Shown: positions 13,601 through 26,726 of the stretch, in pieces
Layout of the letters: the number at the start of each line of letters is the position of its first letter
Position numbering within the stretch: the first letter of the stretch is position 1
Assembly (NCBI GenBank): GCA_017499595.2
Contig: CM039003.1
Span: 868,001-932,000 of the forward strand
DNA from: Psilocybe cubensis
Taxonomy: Eukaryota
Length of the DNA stretch: 64,000 bases
Direction of reading: 5' to 3'
Program-made: the position numbers and the translations under genes
Notes under the pieces: model-generated
Seen by the model: only the letters and a program-made list of their open reading frames with translations
Told to the model about the DNA's origin: nothing
Database searches by the model: none

Positions 13601-15250
13601 GTTCCGCGCACAACCCACGTTGATGACGATGGAACGATCTACGCGCATCATGGACGTAATCTTTATGTCTTCTGAAGAGGAAGAAAAGGGCCGTATGCTG
13701 AAGATTATACAAGACTTCCTCGTTTCTGAGGCTGCGAAACATGATGCACAGGAGAAAGGTTTGCTTCTATTTTTATCTGTAAGTTGAGTTTACTAATAGA
13801 AATTCCCAGAATCGACCAATGCTAATAATTCCAAGTCGGAAGTTGACATGGGCGAGCTGGTGGGAAACACAGAAGGCTTTGCCGATTCTGGGTAGGTGTA
13901 ACTCAACAAACCACTGTCTTGTTTGACGCTGATCATTTTCTACAGTGTCAGCGCCGCTATCGTCCAACGTTATCTGGAGCACATTCTGGAAGCATGTCTT
14001 TCGACTCACAATCAGATTCAAAGTGTAGCAGTCGATGTCTTGACCTTTACGGTCAAGCAGGGATTAGCCCATCCTCTTCAAGCCTTCCCTATCATCGTAG
14101 CCCTCGAAACTAGCCCTATTTCGTCAATCAGCAACAGAGCAAGTGCCCTCCACACCATTCTCCATGCAAAATTCCCTACTATCGTCAACTCTCGGTACAC
14201 CGTCAGTGCTCGCAAATCTTTCGATTACCAGAAGAAAATTACAACAGGTGTTGTGCATGGTTGGTCGATTATCATTTTACAAATTTTGCAAATCATTCAT
14301 TATGTGTCAACAGGCTTCCGAATGCAACCGACACCTATTGCTCTTCTGCAGCGGTGGTATACCCATGTACGAGAAAAGCGTCCTGTTCGACAAGAATTTT
14401 TGAAGGCGCTGGTCAAGATTTTCCAGGAAAATCCGAATTACGAATCGTCTCAGGTAACCATTATCACTCAACTGCCATGTGCTCGTACTAAAACTTGGGA
14501 TCAGGATGACGTTAGTTACACAAGATACATGGCCGAAAACTTTGCAACTTTCGACTACAAAACATTGGAGGAAGTTCTTACTGTGATCAAATATCTCACT
14601 AGCGTTCTTTCTACCACCGGAATGCAATTGCTTGAGATCATCTCTCCTTCCCACTTGCTTACCCATTTGCATGGTTCTTCTTCGCAACCAATTGCCACTA
14701 ATCCTTCTGAACCACCGCCTACACCTGTTTGTTTAACAACATATTCAGACTGTCACTTTGTACTTACATTTCGCTACAGGACGCAACTTCTACGGAAATT
14801 CCGCCGCCGACGGTACAAGCCGACGCAAAAGAGTATGACAGAGTCCCACTCATGCGAACTTCTGTCATCATCGCCATTGCCATGCTGCTTAAAGCTCATC
14901 TAAAAGCACTCTACTCTTTATCCGAAGAGTATGTTTTTCTTTTTTTCCCGTCGTCGTTCCAAATCTTATCAGAAACCTTGTCACAGCAAATGCAACAAAT
15001 TTGTCATTGGGAAGAAGAGCGCCATCGGAGATAGGCCTGCTACAAAACGGCATGACGTCCCTGTTTCCTGGGATCGTCTAACATATGCTACAACTCCTCT
15101 GCTTACGACTGAAGACGCTGATATCCAACGAGTCAGGGTACGTTCAATCCTTTCTTTCTATCAGCTTTCTCTGACCTTTTTTTCTAGTTCCTGGAAATCT
15201 GGAATGCAGACGGGCTAACCGCTGAACCGGAAGACGAGGAATTCCTCTAA
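7656..15250 (+). CDS. SCC2: Cohesin loader Scc2/NIPBL (Mis4; Coprinopsis Rad9-like)
   Basis: Low-complexity N-terminus followed by HEAT repeats with diagnostic motifs [44 protein letters not shown]; roughly 20 short introns. Confidence 0.92.
8477..8548 (+). repeat. Coding tandem repeat, 3 x 24 bp (QANPP units) in SCC2
   Basis: CAAGCCAATCCGCCA recurs at 8477, 8501 and 8525. Confidence 0.8.
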
Positions 15251-15624
15251 AACACCCTGCTGCTTCATTTTGCTGTCTTGCTTTCTTGCATTATTCGAAC
15301 ATTGCATTGCTACTTACTTACATTGTCATTCTCCTGCTTTCATCGGGTATGCGTTTTCGTTCACGCCATATCATTATTTTCAATTGTTGTATTCTACTTC
15401 CCCACTAGACTCCCATGATACCCCTATTTAAATAACCATGCTCATGATCAATCGTATAGTACTTAACACATGCTTATTATTAAAGAAACCACTGACTGTC
15501 GTTGTTGTAACTTCGAATTGATTTTTTGGACTCTGCAAGTCTGCATGATTTAATGGTTCACGATAACTTAATCATTGCACTCTACTGCTAATAAATACAT
15601 GTTTCTACAGGTTATATCCAGTTA

Positions 15625-16898
15625 TTATGAGGGCGGTGCTACCTTTCCATCCACGAAGATGACGGGGCCTCTAGGGAATTCTTCAATAGCCTGTTTCGCA
15701 TGTTCATCGAGGAGAGGTTCATCCTCGTACTTCCACTCTAATTCACCTCCGTACACTGCCGGAAGGTCATGGGAGTGTACAAGCTCCCGTAGAGTGGAGC
15801 CAGGATCTCTCCCTAGGACATGAATCTTCTTCCTAGTGCCTTCGTCAAACCAGCCCTGCATGAAAATGAGTAAACAAATTGGTCTCAATTGGATCCAACA
15901 ACTCCAAAAAGCTACACCTTACCTTGATCCAGTTCCATATTGTTGGAAAGAACGATGGCGAGTTCACGATGGCAATGTGATGTAATGTTTCAGGATAATT
16001 CGAGGTGGAAAGGCGGGAAGCTTCCTGTAGATGCGTTCGAAGCCGCCACATCGAACCAAAGGAAACGTTGTCCAGGTCGATGATGGTGGTTGTGGAGGAG
16101 ACGGGAATGGGCGCCGTTGCGCGAGGTAGATGGGTGCAGAGTGGGAATGTAAATCGGGTCATGAATTCGTAGAGGATGATGCTATGAGGATATGAATGAG
16201 ATCAGATCACGTACGTTGGGAAGGGATATTGGGTGAATTTGTGGTCTTACATCCTTTCGTATCTCGTCTTGGCTGGTAGTGCATCTAATTCTTGTTGGAA
16301 CGGTTCTAATGATGCCAGTCGGTATACGTATAGTGGTAGACCCAACTGTATTGGGATTTACGTTTAATCAATAGATTGTTCGAACTTGGAGATTGGAATT
16401 AAAGCCTGACATACCTTGTCTCGTCGTCCTGTCCAACGCGGATAGAAACGTCTGGAGAGGTCAAGATCCTCCGCCCCTATTTCTTTGTAAATCTCTGTAA
16501 CATTGTGTTTCTTTCTCCAGTTCTCTGCGTCAGCAAATTGCTTTTGTGCAGCTGAAGGGTTGAAGCTTCTGGCCCGAAGAAACCGCCTGCAGGCCGATTT
16601 GCGAATCAATTCAGTTCCGTTTTCTGAAGACAGATTCTTTTCGAATAGAATGCGAAGGTCCGGGGGATATAAATGTCGTGGAGTAGATTGTTACTCACAG
16701 CAACGTTGCGTCATCATGAGACGCCTTCACAGCTTCTGGTCCCTCCACGGCGGGTACATAGAGATTGGCCTTGGTTAGGTTGTCCTTGAATGTTGTCAAC
16801 GCCTGCTCTTGGATCGGATTAAGGTTTCCTAGGTGGCCGCTCAACTGGTGTGCTAAAGTTGGATCGCTGCTAAGAGACACAGAACTAGAGTCGGCCAT
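15625..16898 (-). CDS. CRAL-TRIO (Sec14-like) lipid-binding protein
   Basis: HDDATLL|RFLRARSF, NYPETL, FFPTIWNWIK, LPAVYGGEL across spliced exons. Confidence 0.88.
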
Positions 16899-18386
16899 AC
16901 TAATATGACAGAGAGGAGGTAGTGCCGTGAAGCGCTGGAGATTGATCTAATTCCGGGCACTCAGTGGTGAACGCTCTCGTTATAAGTAAGGCGGAGATCG
17001 TGAAGAAGCCAGAGGCACAGGTTCCACAGTTGGTGGGAAGACATGGAGTCCTTCAATTGCTTTGCTGAGTCATTGATATATAGTTTGGTGCAGACTCATT
17101 CCGAACGATGTCGGTGGTATCTCGGTTGGATTTTATTGCTCGATTATCGAATTAAAGGTGAAATATCATTGAACAAAAAATAAGAAGCTTGGGACTCAAC
17201 ACTTTCAGGCCCTCAGGTCCCATGAATTTCATATTCGTCACGGAGTTCACCACTATTCGTTCTTAAATCGTGGTCGCGCAGAAGCTTAAAATTCTGTGGC
17301 TGTACAACCTGTCGGACACTAAAATTCGACCAAAAAAGTTATCAAAAGGAAAAGGTTACGTTGTTCCTTCTTGAGATTGCTGTCTACAAATCTTTGGTGC
17401 CAGCAAACGAGATTCGTCATACGCAAACCGAGAATTTGGTGAAAGTCTGGCAGCAACTGTTCCTCTCAACTCCATCGGCGCAAATCTTATCAAAGAGTAA
17501 TACACGGGAAACGACAACTCCAAAATGTTTGAAGACATTGGGATCAGAGTTATCTAAATGATTAAACTCTCTCGTTCAGGTGTGTCTTTGAAGTTTGGAC
17601 ATACATACCATTCAATTAAAGTTTATCGTTGAACTAAACTTGTAGATGCACGCCTCGGTAGGATACATCGGAACTTTGCGTACAATTGAATAGGACGCAC
17701 GCGAAATACTTGCATAAAATTTCGCTCCGCTTGCAAGCTGCCACTGCCACTGCTCGCTGGTCATTCTGACAAGTGGAACGTGGGTTACGTGATAAAAAGA
17801 AAGATCTGAAGAATGTTTGGAAATGTTGAAGTCCACCTTCAACAAACCTTCCAACCAAATGCTGGGCGTTCTGACTGCTACAAACTTTCGAAACCTACCG
17901 CATAAAAACATTGGATACACGATTGTTATGCCAAATGGGAGATGAAGCAGGACATCTCAAGAACATTCAGCCACTTGTGTGCGTGCGTGTATGTAGGCAC
18001 CCCAAACCAACGGTTATTTTTTCCGTCACGATCCACACTTACGCAACAGTCGGATCTCAAAATTTCGGGCCCCTGGATATTTTGAATGGGTGTTGGTGAC
18101 TTGGTCACTGACGCGACGGCGGTTTCACGTCGGCGCTGTCTACATCATTCACTAAGTTCCCGAGACCCCAATTCGGGGGCCATCGCCCTCTTCGTCACAT
18201 TCTGATATAAAGAACAAATTTTCTTTTCGTCAGACTTCTTTCAGAAGTCTTTCTCAACTCACTCCTGTAAGTGACACTATACTTGCTCTTTAAGCTGTCT
18301 GGGGCGACTAAACACTCGTTTGTAACGACAGTTCCTCATAACTTATGCTTAAATTTCACAACTGCTAACTCGATTCGCTTGAACCA

Positions 18387-19589
18387 ATGGGCTTGCTATT
18401 CACACCTATAAACCGACCGGATCCTCTGGTTCTACCCCAAGAGCTATCACACGAAATCATTGACTATCTTCAGCTCGACATACAATCACTGAAGCATTGC
18501 AGTCTCGTTTGTCGCTCGTGGCTTTTCTCCAGTCGGATTCATATGTTCAGAGAGCTGGCGTTCACTCCCAAAAATTCTTCGATACTTCCCCAATTGATAA
18601 CGGTACCGCCGTGTTCCACCATTCCCCCATATGTCAAGAAAATCGAATTTCAGGGTGTTGAACCTCTTTTCAAGCCTAACTATACCACCTCGCATCTTCT
18701 TTCCCATTTTTCTTCCACTGTCACCCATTTGCGGCTCCGCGACATTACATTCGATGATTTTCAATGCCTCTTGGACATTATTTGCGCCTTTCCCCATCTT
18801 CAGTCTCTGAAGCTCAATCACGTATTTTGGGGCAAGTCGGAAGGAAGTCGAGGTATGGATGGCGCCACGAGATTACTCCCCAAGTCCGTAACAAGTCTGG
18901 AGCTGAAGCACACGGACCTACAAGATTTTGCATCGTGGTTGTTGTCGCATCCTTCTCTACCAGTTGTTCCCCACATGGACATCGGGCCATTTGAGCAGAA
19001 GGACATTCCTTACGCTGGCAAATACATGTCGTTAATCGGGCCAGCAATAACGCGTCTATCCTATTGTTTCGCCACGGTCGAGTTTCAGCATATGTGTCTA
19101 TTCAAGTTGATTTCAAAGCTGATGCCTTTGCCCGAGAACAAGCCAATAATACCCGTGGCGCCCGATTTGTCTGGGTCGCCTACTCCTGCCTCCCAGTACA
19201 AACTCTGTTTTGGTCTTCCAATATGCGAACACCTAGCTTCCTTCATTAACCTCCGATACCTTCGTATAGACGGCTTTATGGATATCACATCTCCTGGTAA
19301 TACCACAGCCACTTATTGGGCACCGCGTATCCTCGCCTCTGTCAAGTCACCCGGATTAGAACATTTATTGTTTGGAGTCGTCCTTTCGAGAGCTGGAGAC
19401 ATGGATAGGTGTAACGTCAAATGGGGGTACTTTGACTTTGTGCTATCGCATGAAAGTTATTCGGGCTTGCGCAAGGTGGAATTTGAGGTGAAGGGGAGGG
19501 CGCAGTTGGACAGTGTAGCGGATCTTATAGCTCTTCGGTTGCCTCAGGTCTCTGAACTTGGGCTACTGCATTTCTCAAAGGCAGAGTAA
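18387..19589 (+). CDS. F-box-like protein with degenerate LRR-like repeats
   Basis: Single-exon 400-aa ORF; N-terminal LPQELSHEIIDYL...CSLVCRSW F-box pattern; TATA-like GATATAAA near 18205. Confidence 0.75.
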   Translation: MGLLFTPINRPDPLVLPQELSHEIIDYLQLDIQSLKHCSLVCRSWLFSSRIHMFRELAFTPKNSSILPQLITVPPCSTIPPYVKKIEFQGVEPLFKPNYTTSHLLSHFSSTVTHLRLRDITFDDFQCLLDIICAFPHLQSLKLNHVFWGKSEGSRGMDGATRLLPKSVTSLELKHTDLQDFASWLLSHPSLPVVPHMDIGPFEQKDIPYAGKYMSLIGPAITRLSYCFATVEFQHMCLFKLISKLMPLPENKPIIPVAPDLSGSPTPASQYKLCFGLPICEHLASFINLRYLRIDGFMDITSPGNTTATYWAPRILASVKSPGLEHLLFGVVLSRAGDMDRCNVKWGYFDFVLSHESYSGLRKVEFEVKGRAQLDSVADLIALRLPQVSELGLLHFSKAE

Positions 19590-20081
19590 AGCACCGGCTG
19601 CACCGCTCAAAAATCATACACGCTCATAAGCGCCGGTAGACCTATTTCAACAGTAGAATATATTCATACTATACCCGCACTTATTTTTTACAATACACGA
19701 TTAATATCCACTTCACTTGGTGCTTACGGTGACCAAGCTGGTCACTCAGTTGAAGGCAGCCATCGAAGTTATTGCGTAGGTGGCGTCTGGTGGCGTTCAC
19801 ATTTAGGGGGCTTTCAGGGGCCTTCCCCGCCTTCCCTGGCCTTCGATGTCACAGCCACGCTATGTCACGTAAGTGACCGGAGATCAATTTGATTCCACGT
19901 GATTAATAATTGATATAATGACGCGTCGCTTGCCAGGTGCCCTGAGCCAACGGCTTCCACTCGCTTCCAGCGCCTTCCACTTGCACAACGTATTGTTTTT
20001 GTCCCAAACGCATTTCCATCTATCGACCTACTTTTAATTTGCATTTTCTTTGTTATATCCACACCTATAGACTCTATACCA

Positions 20082-22495
20082 ATGTCATCTCCAGTCAAAC
20101 TCTATGTCTACGATTTAAGTCGAGGCATGGCTCGCCAACTTTCTCGCCAACTAACTGGGAGGCAGATCGACGGGATATGGTTTGTGTTAAAGATTTATAT
20201 TTGTGAAGCTTTTACCTAACTTCTTTAGGCATACCTCAGTAGTTGTATTCGGGAAAGAAATATTCTATGGACAAGGGATCGATATTACGACGCCAGGTGG
20301 ATCGCATGTAAGTATCGAAGATCAAAAGTATATGTCAACACTGAGAAGATCTCGCGAAATCTTTGTCTAGCATGGTCAACCTTTAACAATTGTAGACATG
20401 GGAGAGACCTCACTAGATGAGGAAACGTTTAATGAGTACTTGGAAGAGATGAGGCAACACTATACAGCGGACAAGGTGCGTTGCAATGATCTTCGACCTT
20501 CGACCTTACAAGCTCAATCAGACATGTAGTATCATCTGCTAGGTACTTAGTTTGTCGAAACCTTTCACGATAAATGATATTGACGTGACGCTGCTTGCAG
20601 AATTCAATTGCAATTCATTTAGCGATGACTGCATTGGCTTCCTAACCGGCCAAAGTATACCATCTTATATCAAAGGTTTGCATCTTTCCATTCAATTTTT
20701 TCATGCACCGATCCCCTAATAATTTTTTAGATTTACCCACTGATTTCTTATCGACGCCGTTTGGCGCTGCTCTTCGTCCCACGATTGATGCAATGTACCG
20801 ACGTCCCACTCCTGGCCCTATACCCACACCCGCCAGTGCTGCAGCCGCATCTCCGGACCCTCAGCTTGCCTCCGCCATCTTACAGGCTGTTGCGGCACAA
20901 GCCCAAGGTAACGGCACCGCCCAAGCTGGATCCAAAGCTACAGAATCTCTGGCATCCCCAATTCACATAGTGACAAACCCGGCTTCCTTCAACGGATTTC
21001 TGAAAACCCACAAGGCGTCGGTAGCTTTATTTACCAGCAAGACGTGCCCTCCCTGCCGAGTGATAGAACCCGTTTTCGAGCGCCTTGCTGAAGAAAAGGG
21101 AATCCAAGATGGTAAAGATGGGGCTGCTTTTGCGAAGATCGATATTGATGTGGGAATGGGTAACGCCCTGGCTTCTCAATGGAATGTGAGAGCTACTCCA
21201 ACGTTTATGTTTTTCCTAAATGGACAGAAGGTATGATGGATGTTTTCGACCTCTGCGTGACTGCTGAATGGGCTCTCCTTCAGCTTGACGAATTAAAAGG
21301 AGCAAATGCTAACGAACTAAGGTCGCAAGTCGATCTACTCCTTTTCCAAGCCTATCCTCGTAAGTAATACTTTACGATTGTGGTCGATGTTTGATTGACA
21401 GTATGCGTGTCAGCTCACCCACATACATCTTTATCGATGCCTGCCGTGCAGGCCCTATCTACGAACGCAATTATATTTTCTCAAGTTCCTGCTATTGATA
21501 CCGTACTGGCAAAATTGTCTTCATTTATTGATGAGCAACCTACATGGCCAGATTCCTCGAAGCAATCGAAGGCAACCGTCAAGACAGTACTTTCCAGCAC
21601 TGTTCAACCGTATCTTAAATCCAGATTCCAGCCCCCAAACCCGGCACCCAATCCTCTGCCGTCCGCGTCACCAACTGTACTAGCTGCATGGACAGAAACG
21701 TCTGCTATTCTGGTCTCTGTGCTGCCTGTCGAATCCCTGTTTCCCCTCGTTGACATGTGGCGGCTGGCATTCCTCGACCCTGCGGTCGGAACATGGACCT
21801 CTAATCTTAAGACAGCGTCATCGGCTGTTGATCCTGTAAGCGTGTTCCTACCAAAAGCAATCGGAACACAGGACACAGCGTCCAAGGGCGCACGGAACTA
21901 TACGCTCACCGTGCTCCGCCTACTGTGTAACGCGTTTTCAAGTACAGCACTGGCTCAGACTTTGCTGAGGAATGACGGGTCCCGGGGCCAAATTAGTAGT
22001 CTTCTCATACCGACTCTGTTGCACAGTGACCCTTTGGTGAGGACGGCGGCGTCCAGTCTTGCTTTCAATGTCGCTGCTGTCCTGCAGAAACAAAGAATAG
22101 ACTCTGTGCGAAGCGGTAAAGGCATCAAGGCGGACTCGGAGGATTATCTTGCAGATTGGGAGGTTGAGATTACAAGCGCGATAATTGAAGCTATTGATAG
22201 AGAGAAAGAGAACGAGGAAGTCGGTGAGTCGCTCCCTTTTTTATTGTTCTGAGTCTATTTCAGAAGTGCTCATTTCACCCTTGCAGTACATCGCCTCACA
22301 GCCGCGCTCGCGTTCTATGTGCGCCTTTCGCCCCAATACGAAAGTCAACTGCAACCTCTTTTGGAGGTCCTTCAAAGTAGACAATTGCTCAAGAGCAAAC
22401 TAGCTAAAGGAGATGGTTGGAATTCAGACGGTGGTATCACAAAGAAAGATATTCGAAAGCTTGTGGAAGAAGTAGCCGGAAAGCTCTGTGCGTGA
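20082..22495 (+). CDS. PPPDE (DeSI-like) peptidase - thioredoxin - PUL domain protein
   Basis: [17 protein letters not shown] and FNCN catalytic dyad; CPPC thioredoxin motif; PUL-like FPLVDMWRL and [10 protein letters not shown]; includes a 13-nt micro-exon at 20530-20542. Confidence 0.88.
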
Positions 22496-23703
22496 ACGCC
22501 GCAATTGAATGCTATACAGTTTCTTTTTGTCCTCTCTGCAAGGTTTTTCAAAGCTCATGGCTGAAATCGTTGTTCTAATCAGTTGTCATTTTTTTTTTCG
22601 GCGTATGTTCATTCAAGGTAGACTTTTCTCAGTGTTTGCCGGTTACGGCAAGTCTCGCACAAAGTGTCGTACGTTGATTGTTGATCAATCGCGTCTGCCC
22701 GCCACTCACGCGGTCTGTTTGCGCTATTGTTCTTGCCATGAGGTTAAAACTGAAAATACTTTTTCATGAATGGCGCCAGCATCAACGAAGAAAACCCAGA
22801 CAGCTTGTTTTGAAGAGCAAACTTCATAGGTTCCGGGCACCCAAGCCCGCCACCTTCCGATATCCGACTCGGAACATACTACACATTGGGTAGTTTGGCG
22901 TCTAACGCCCAAACATGCGTTCAAATTCAAAGACATTGAATACGCCTGTTAATCAGCCAGAAAGGCTTGCATCGAAACGTGAATTCACATATGTGCTTGC
23001 ATCATCGTCAACTTGCAGCAATGTCGACCACTACCCGCTTCGGATGTAGGATTATCTTATCTACGAGATAGCCAAAACCTTAAATTCGCTCTTCACAATA
23101 AGGGGAGGTTTCCCCGACAAGTTCCTGCCTTTTCGGTGAATTTGCGCTTGATGCTCACGCGATTCTGGCATAACTCTGGATTCAGCGCTCCCGAATGCCG
23201 CCTCTCTTTTTGTGATCAAGAAAAGTCGCCCATCAAATACGGAAGTCTTTCCTTTTTCTCACATGCATGACATTGGCAAACACATCATCGCAACATTGTA
23301 GAAAGCTTACCTGGATATCGGCTTCACGAAGGGATACGCTATGTGACCAAAGCGCATTTGACCTTGAACCTCTTCACATTCTCAGCCTAAATTGACTCAC
23401 TGAGGCTCAGTCTCGTCGATGCTACTGTGTCTGAACTGCTTTCCCATCCCATGGCGGATTGTAAATTTACAGCTTTCCTTCATCCCCGAGGTCCAGAACC
23501 GGCGTGAGCATAAGCTTTCACTCTCTAATTGTTCACCCTCCGGAGCTCTCTCCTTGTTGGTCCGCTCACTATAACCGCCCCTCCTGCCATTCGCGTCCAA
23601 CACAATAAAGCGAATCATGCCCACTGCCCATCTACGCTTCAATCAATTCAAATCATGCGAAACAAGACAGTCGCGACAGTGTCGCTGCTAATAAACGTAT
23701 AAC

Positions 23704-23711
23704 GTATAAAA
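23704..23711 (+). promoter_or_regulatory. TATA box of the pheromone precursor gene
   Basis: GTATAAAA about 125 nt upstream of the ATG at 23834, followed by a pyrimidine-rich tract. Confidence 0.55.
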
Positions 23712-23833
23712 ACCCAGGGCACTTCTGCTATCCCTTTCCCCCCAGGATCAAATCGCAACCCCGCTCAGGTTTCCACCTTTGTCCTCTCAGACTCTAAACG
23801 TCGCATTTCAAGAGTTCATTCTTATACATTGCA

Positions 23834-23947
23834 ATGGACGCTTTCACCACAGTCGACATCATCGCAGTCGAGTCCATCGAGTCTACCGTTCCCTCGGACG
23901 CAGAGAGGGCCGGGACCGCAGGCAACGCTTACTGCGTCATCGCCTAA
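23834..23947 (+). CDS. Basidiomycete lipopeptide pheromone precursor, 37 aa: MDAFTTVDIIAVESIESTVPSDAERAGTAGNAYCVIA
   Basis: MDAF start, acidic pro-region, VPxDxER processing site, C-terminal CaaX box (CVIA) directly before the stop; below the ORF-track size cutoff. Confidence 0.9.
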   Translation: MDAFTTVDIIAVESIESTVPSDAERAGTAGNAYCVIA

Positions 23948-25425
23948 CTCCCTCGTCATTTGATCCACTACACGAGCGTCAGCTCATACGCGATACAGTA
24001 CGTCCTTTCCCTTGCTTCTTGGTATCTTTCCCCTCATTGACTCTTGGCCTGCGAATACAGCACATCATGATCATGAAGCACCACCATACCACACACCACA
24101 TTGCATATTCCATTATTATTCACTTGCATCACCATTGGACGCCGTCGCAACTATTCATCACCATTCACCATTTCCACCACATCCTCAGCACCATCCACAC
24201 ATGTACACCACACCACATCAATTGCATTAACTTCGACTTTCACATAGGGGAGGGAGGGGGACATCATTTTTCTCGCTGACTTAGGCCGTTCTAAGCAGCT
24301 ATAAAGTAATATAGCTATTTCGCCTTCATTATTATTGCTGTATTTCTGCAACGAGGATTTATTTTTTTGGTTTACATCTGAGTTGAAAGAATAGTCGCTT
24401 CATTGCTATCACATGGTGATATACCAGTAATCTCGGCCTGCTGGGCCAGTAACCTCACAACCTGGATACCTCTGCCAGTGGTCACAAAACCACCAATAAA
24501 CCAGTCTGCTCTAATTTTTAAGTACTATACAGAAAATTCTATGTAGCCAAAAACAATACGATCCACCTCGTTTACTCCATGCAGTATCATCGATATTAAT
24601 GAGATTGCTTGTTCAGTGTCGTGGACTATTTGCGATACCAAATTCTCATAGCTGATTCTTGGCTCGGATCTTAAGCCAAGCTCCTTTCCTTCCATTCATG
24701 CCTTCTAGCTTTGTCTTAGTGTCAATCTTTTTACATGGCATGGGATCGCTGCCGCCGTCGAGGGTGTTGAGTGGTGGACGGGAAGGTATGGCCCCATTGG
24801 TATGACGTCACTGACTCTAAAAATAACTCTTTCAAATTGAACTCCGCCATCAACCTTCGGCAAACACCGGAAGACTTCACTGGGGTGGCTCATTTCGTCA
24901 ACTCTTGGTCAACTCCATTCCTTGAGCCATTTCTCTCCATTTCGCTCCAGACCGTGATGGAAGTCGCATTGAAGATGTCTTACATCTGTTCTTGATGCCT
25001 GAACAGAAATGTCAATGATTACAATGGTCATTCCTATTGTCAGATACGACTTCGACTTCTAACTATATTTTGAAATTCAATTTCTCGAAGTTTCACGAAG
25101 TCGAGAAAATGGAGCGGGGAAGTGATTATGTGATGTAAGCCGTTCTGTCATCCACTACTCCCAACTCGAAAGAGGCTACAGATTTCCCTTCTTAGATTCT
25201 CAATTACCCCCGTCGAACATGACTTTCCGTTCCAAGGTGACGACGGCCTTTGTTCATACCTGTGATGTAATGCCTGTGTAATGAACTCTTCCCGCATTCG
25301 CCCAAGTGTAGACACTGAAATGAATCAAGAGGCAATTCCCGTCTCCCAATATAAGAAGGGGATACCTACTTCATTCATAATCGACACCTATCTTTACCTT
25401 CAACGCCTTTGACGAACCAGACGAA

Positions 25426-26276
25426 ATGGCATCACACAGTGGACCAGTGCATACGCACCGTCTCATTACTCTCATTTTGAGCGTAATCTTCAGCATCATC
25501 GTCATGGGCTTGCTCGCCAATATCACCCACCGAACGCTCGGGTTCCGTAGTGCCACCAACTGGCAAATTCTAGGTCTCGTGATATCCTCCTTGACGATCC
25601 TCGTCTTCCCCTTGATGTAAGGAATCCATGACCATCTTTCCTGTTAACACACCTTTTGGCTAAAGCACATCTTCGACAGGCTGGTGGCCTCCGGCGCGAT
25701 TCATGTCATCACAGAGCTCATCCTCACCAGTGCGTTCCATAATTCCATATTAACTTAAACTACCCATGTCTCACAATTTATTTCAAAACACAAAACAGTG
25801 ATCTTATTCATTGTATGGGTCGTCTCGTCTGCAATGATCATTCACGCAAGGCGAAACAACTTTGGTGGTGTCGGCTGTGGTTTCTTCCGCTTCTGTGAGT
25901 TTTTTTAAATTTCACTATCCACCACAAGCATTGAACTTAAAAAAACCCTTTCCACAGTCAGCATCTCCAGCCTTTGCTCCCAGTTGACGGCCGCCGAAGC
26001 CTTCTCAATCATCATTTGGATTCTTCGTACGTTTTTCTCCTTCCCCGTACACTCGTATATCAAATAACAACGCTATATTCTTTAGTTCTGTTCTACATCA
26101 TCCACCTTCTCGCATACGGCATGAGCTCAAAGTCTCGCGCCGACGGACGAAGCTCCTGGTCCCGACGAATGAGCGAGAAAGGAGCGTACCACGATGAATC
26201 CGGAGTCGCTACTGGCAACACTGGTGCACCCGCCACAACCGGAGTGAACACCTACCCAGCCACCGCTCCCGCTTAA
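25426..26276 (+). CDS. Small four-TM MARVEL-like membrane protein
   Basis: Six short exons giving hydrophobic helices, with a C...C-x-QLTAAEAFSIIIW segment typical of fungal MARVEL proteins. Confidence 0.65.
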
Positions 26277-26726
26277 TCCTGGCATGTCTAAAATACTGAC
26301 CCCCCATAATGATCCTGCAAATTGTTTCAATCGCCGAATACACCAAAGTGTTTGTTTGTGAAGGAATTAGCTTTCTTTTATATAATTAGTTTCAAGATAC
26401 GACTTTACGATTGCGATGTAAATCTAATTGGACGATATAGCATTTAGTATACCTTTTTGTCAATAAATTCTTACGATCGTGACCGACCCTACTTCGGAAG
26501 TTCCCTTGATGCTCAATGTCAATCATTTCAAACAGCTATCCATTAAATGTGCTTTGTAGGCTGTTATTATTCGCAAATTTCGAGGAAGGGTATCCAAAAG
26601 CTTCGAATATGTATGATACAAATTGTATAATGTACAATGAAATACGACCCGAACGAAAAAAAAAAATATCAATAAGAAAAGAAAAAAATAAACCAAATCC
26701 CCCAATCAACAATCAACAATCACCAA

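Noticed and set aside
17300-18110. Short ORFs between the CRAL-TRIO and F-box-like genes
   Set aside because: No motifs or consistent exon chain; treated as intergenic.
23779-24279. 166-aa His-rich ORF
   Set aside because: It overlaps the pheromone gene out of frame, and the His run comes from CAC/CAT-rich low-complexity 3' UTR sequence; non-ATG start.
24705-24995. Short protein-like ORFs downstream of the pheromone gene
   Set aside because: No CaaX ending, no recognisable domain and no clear splice structure.
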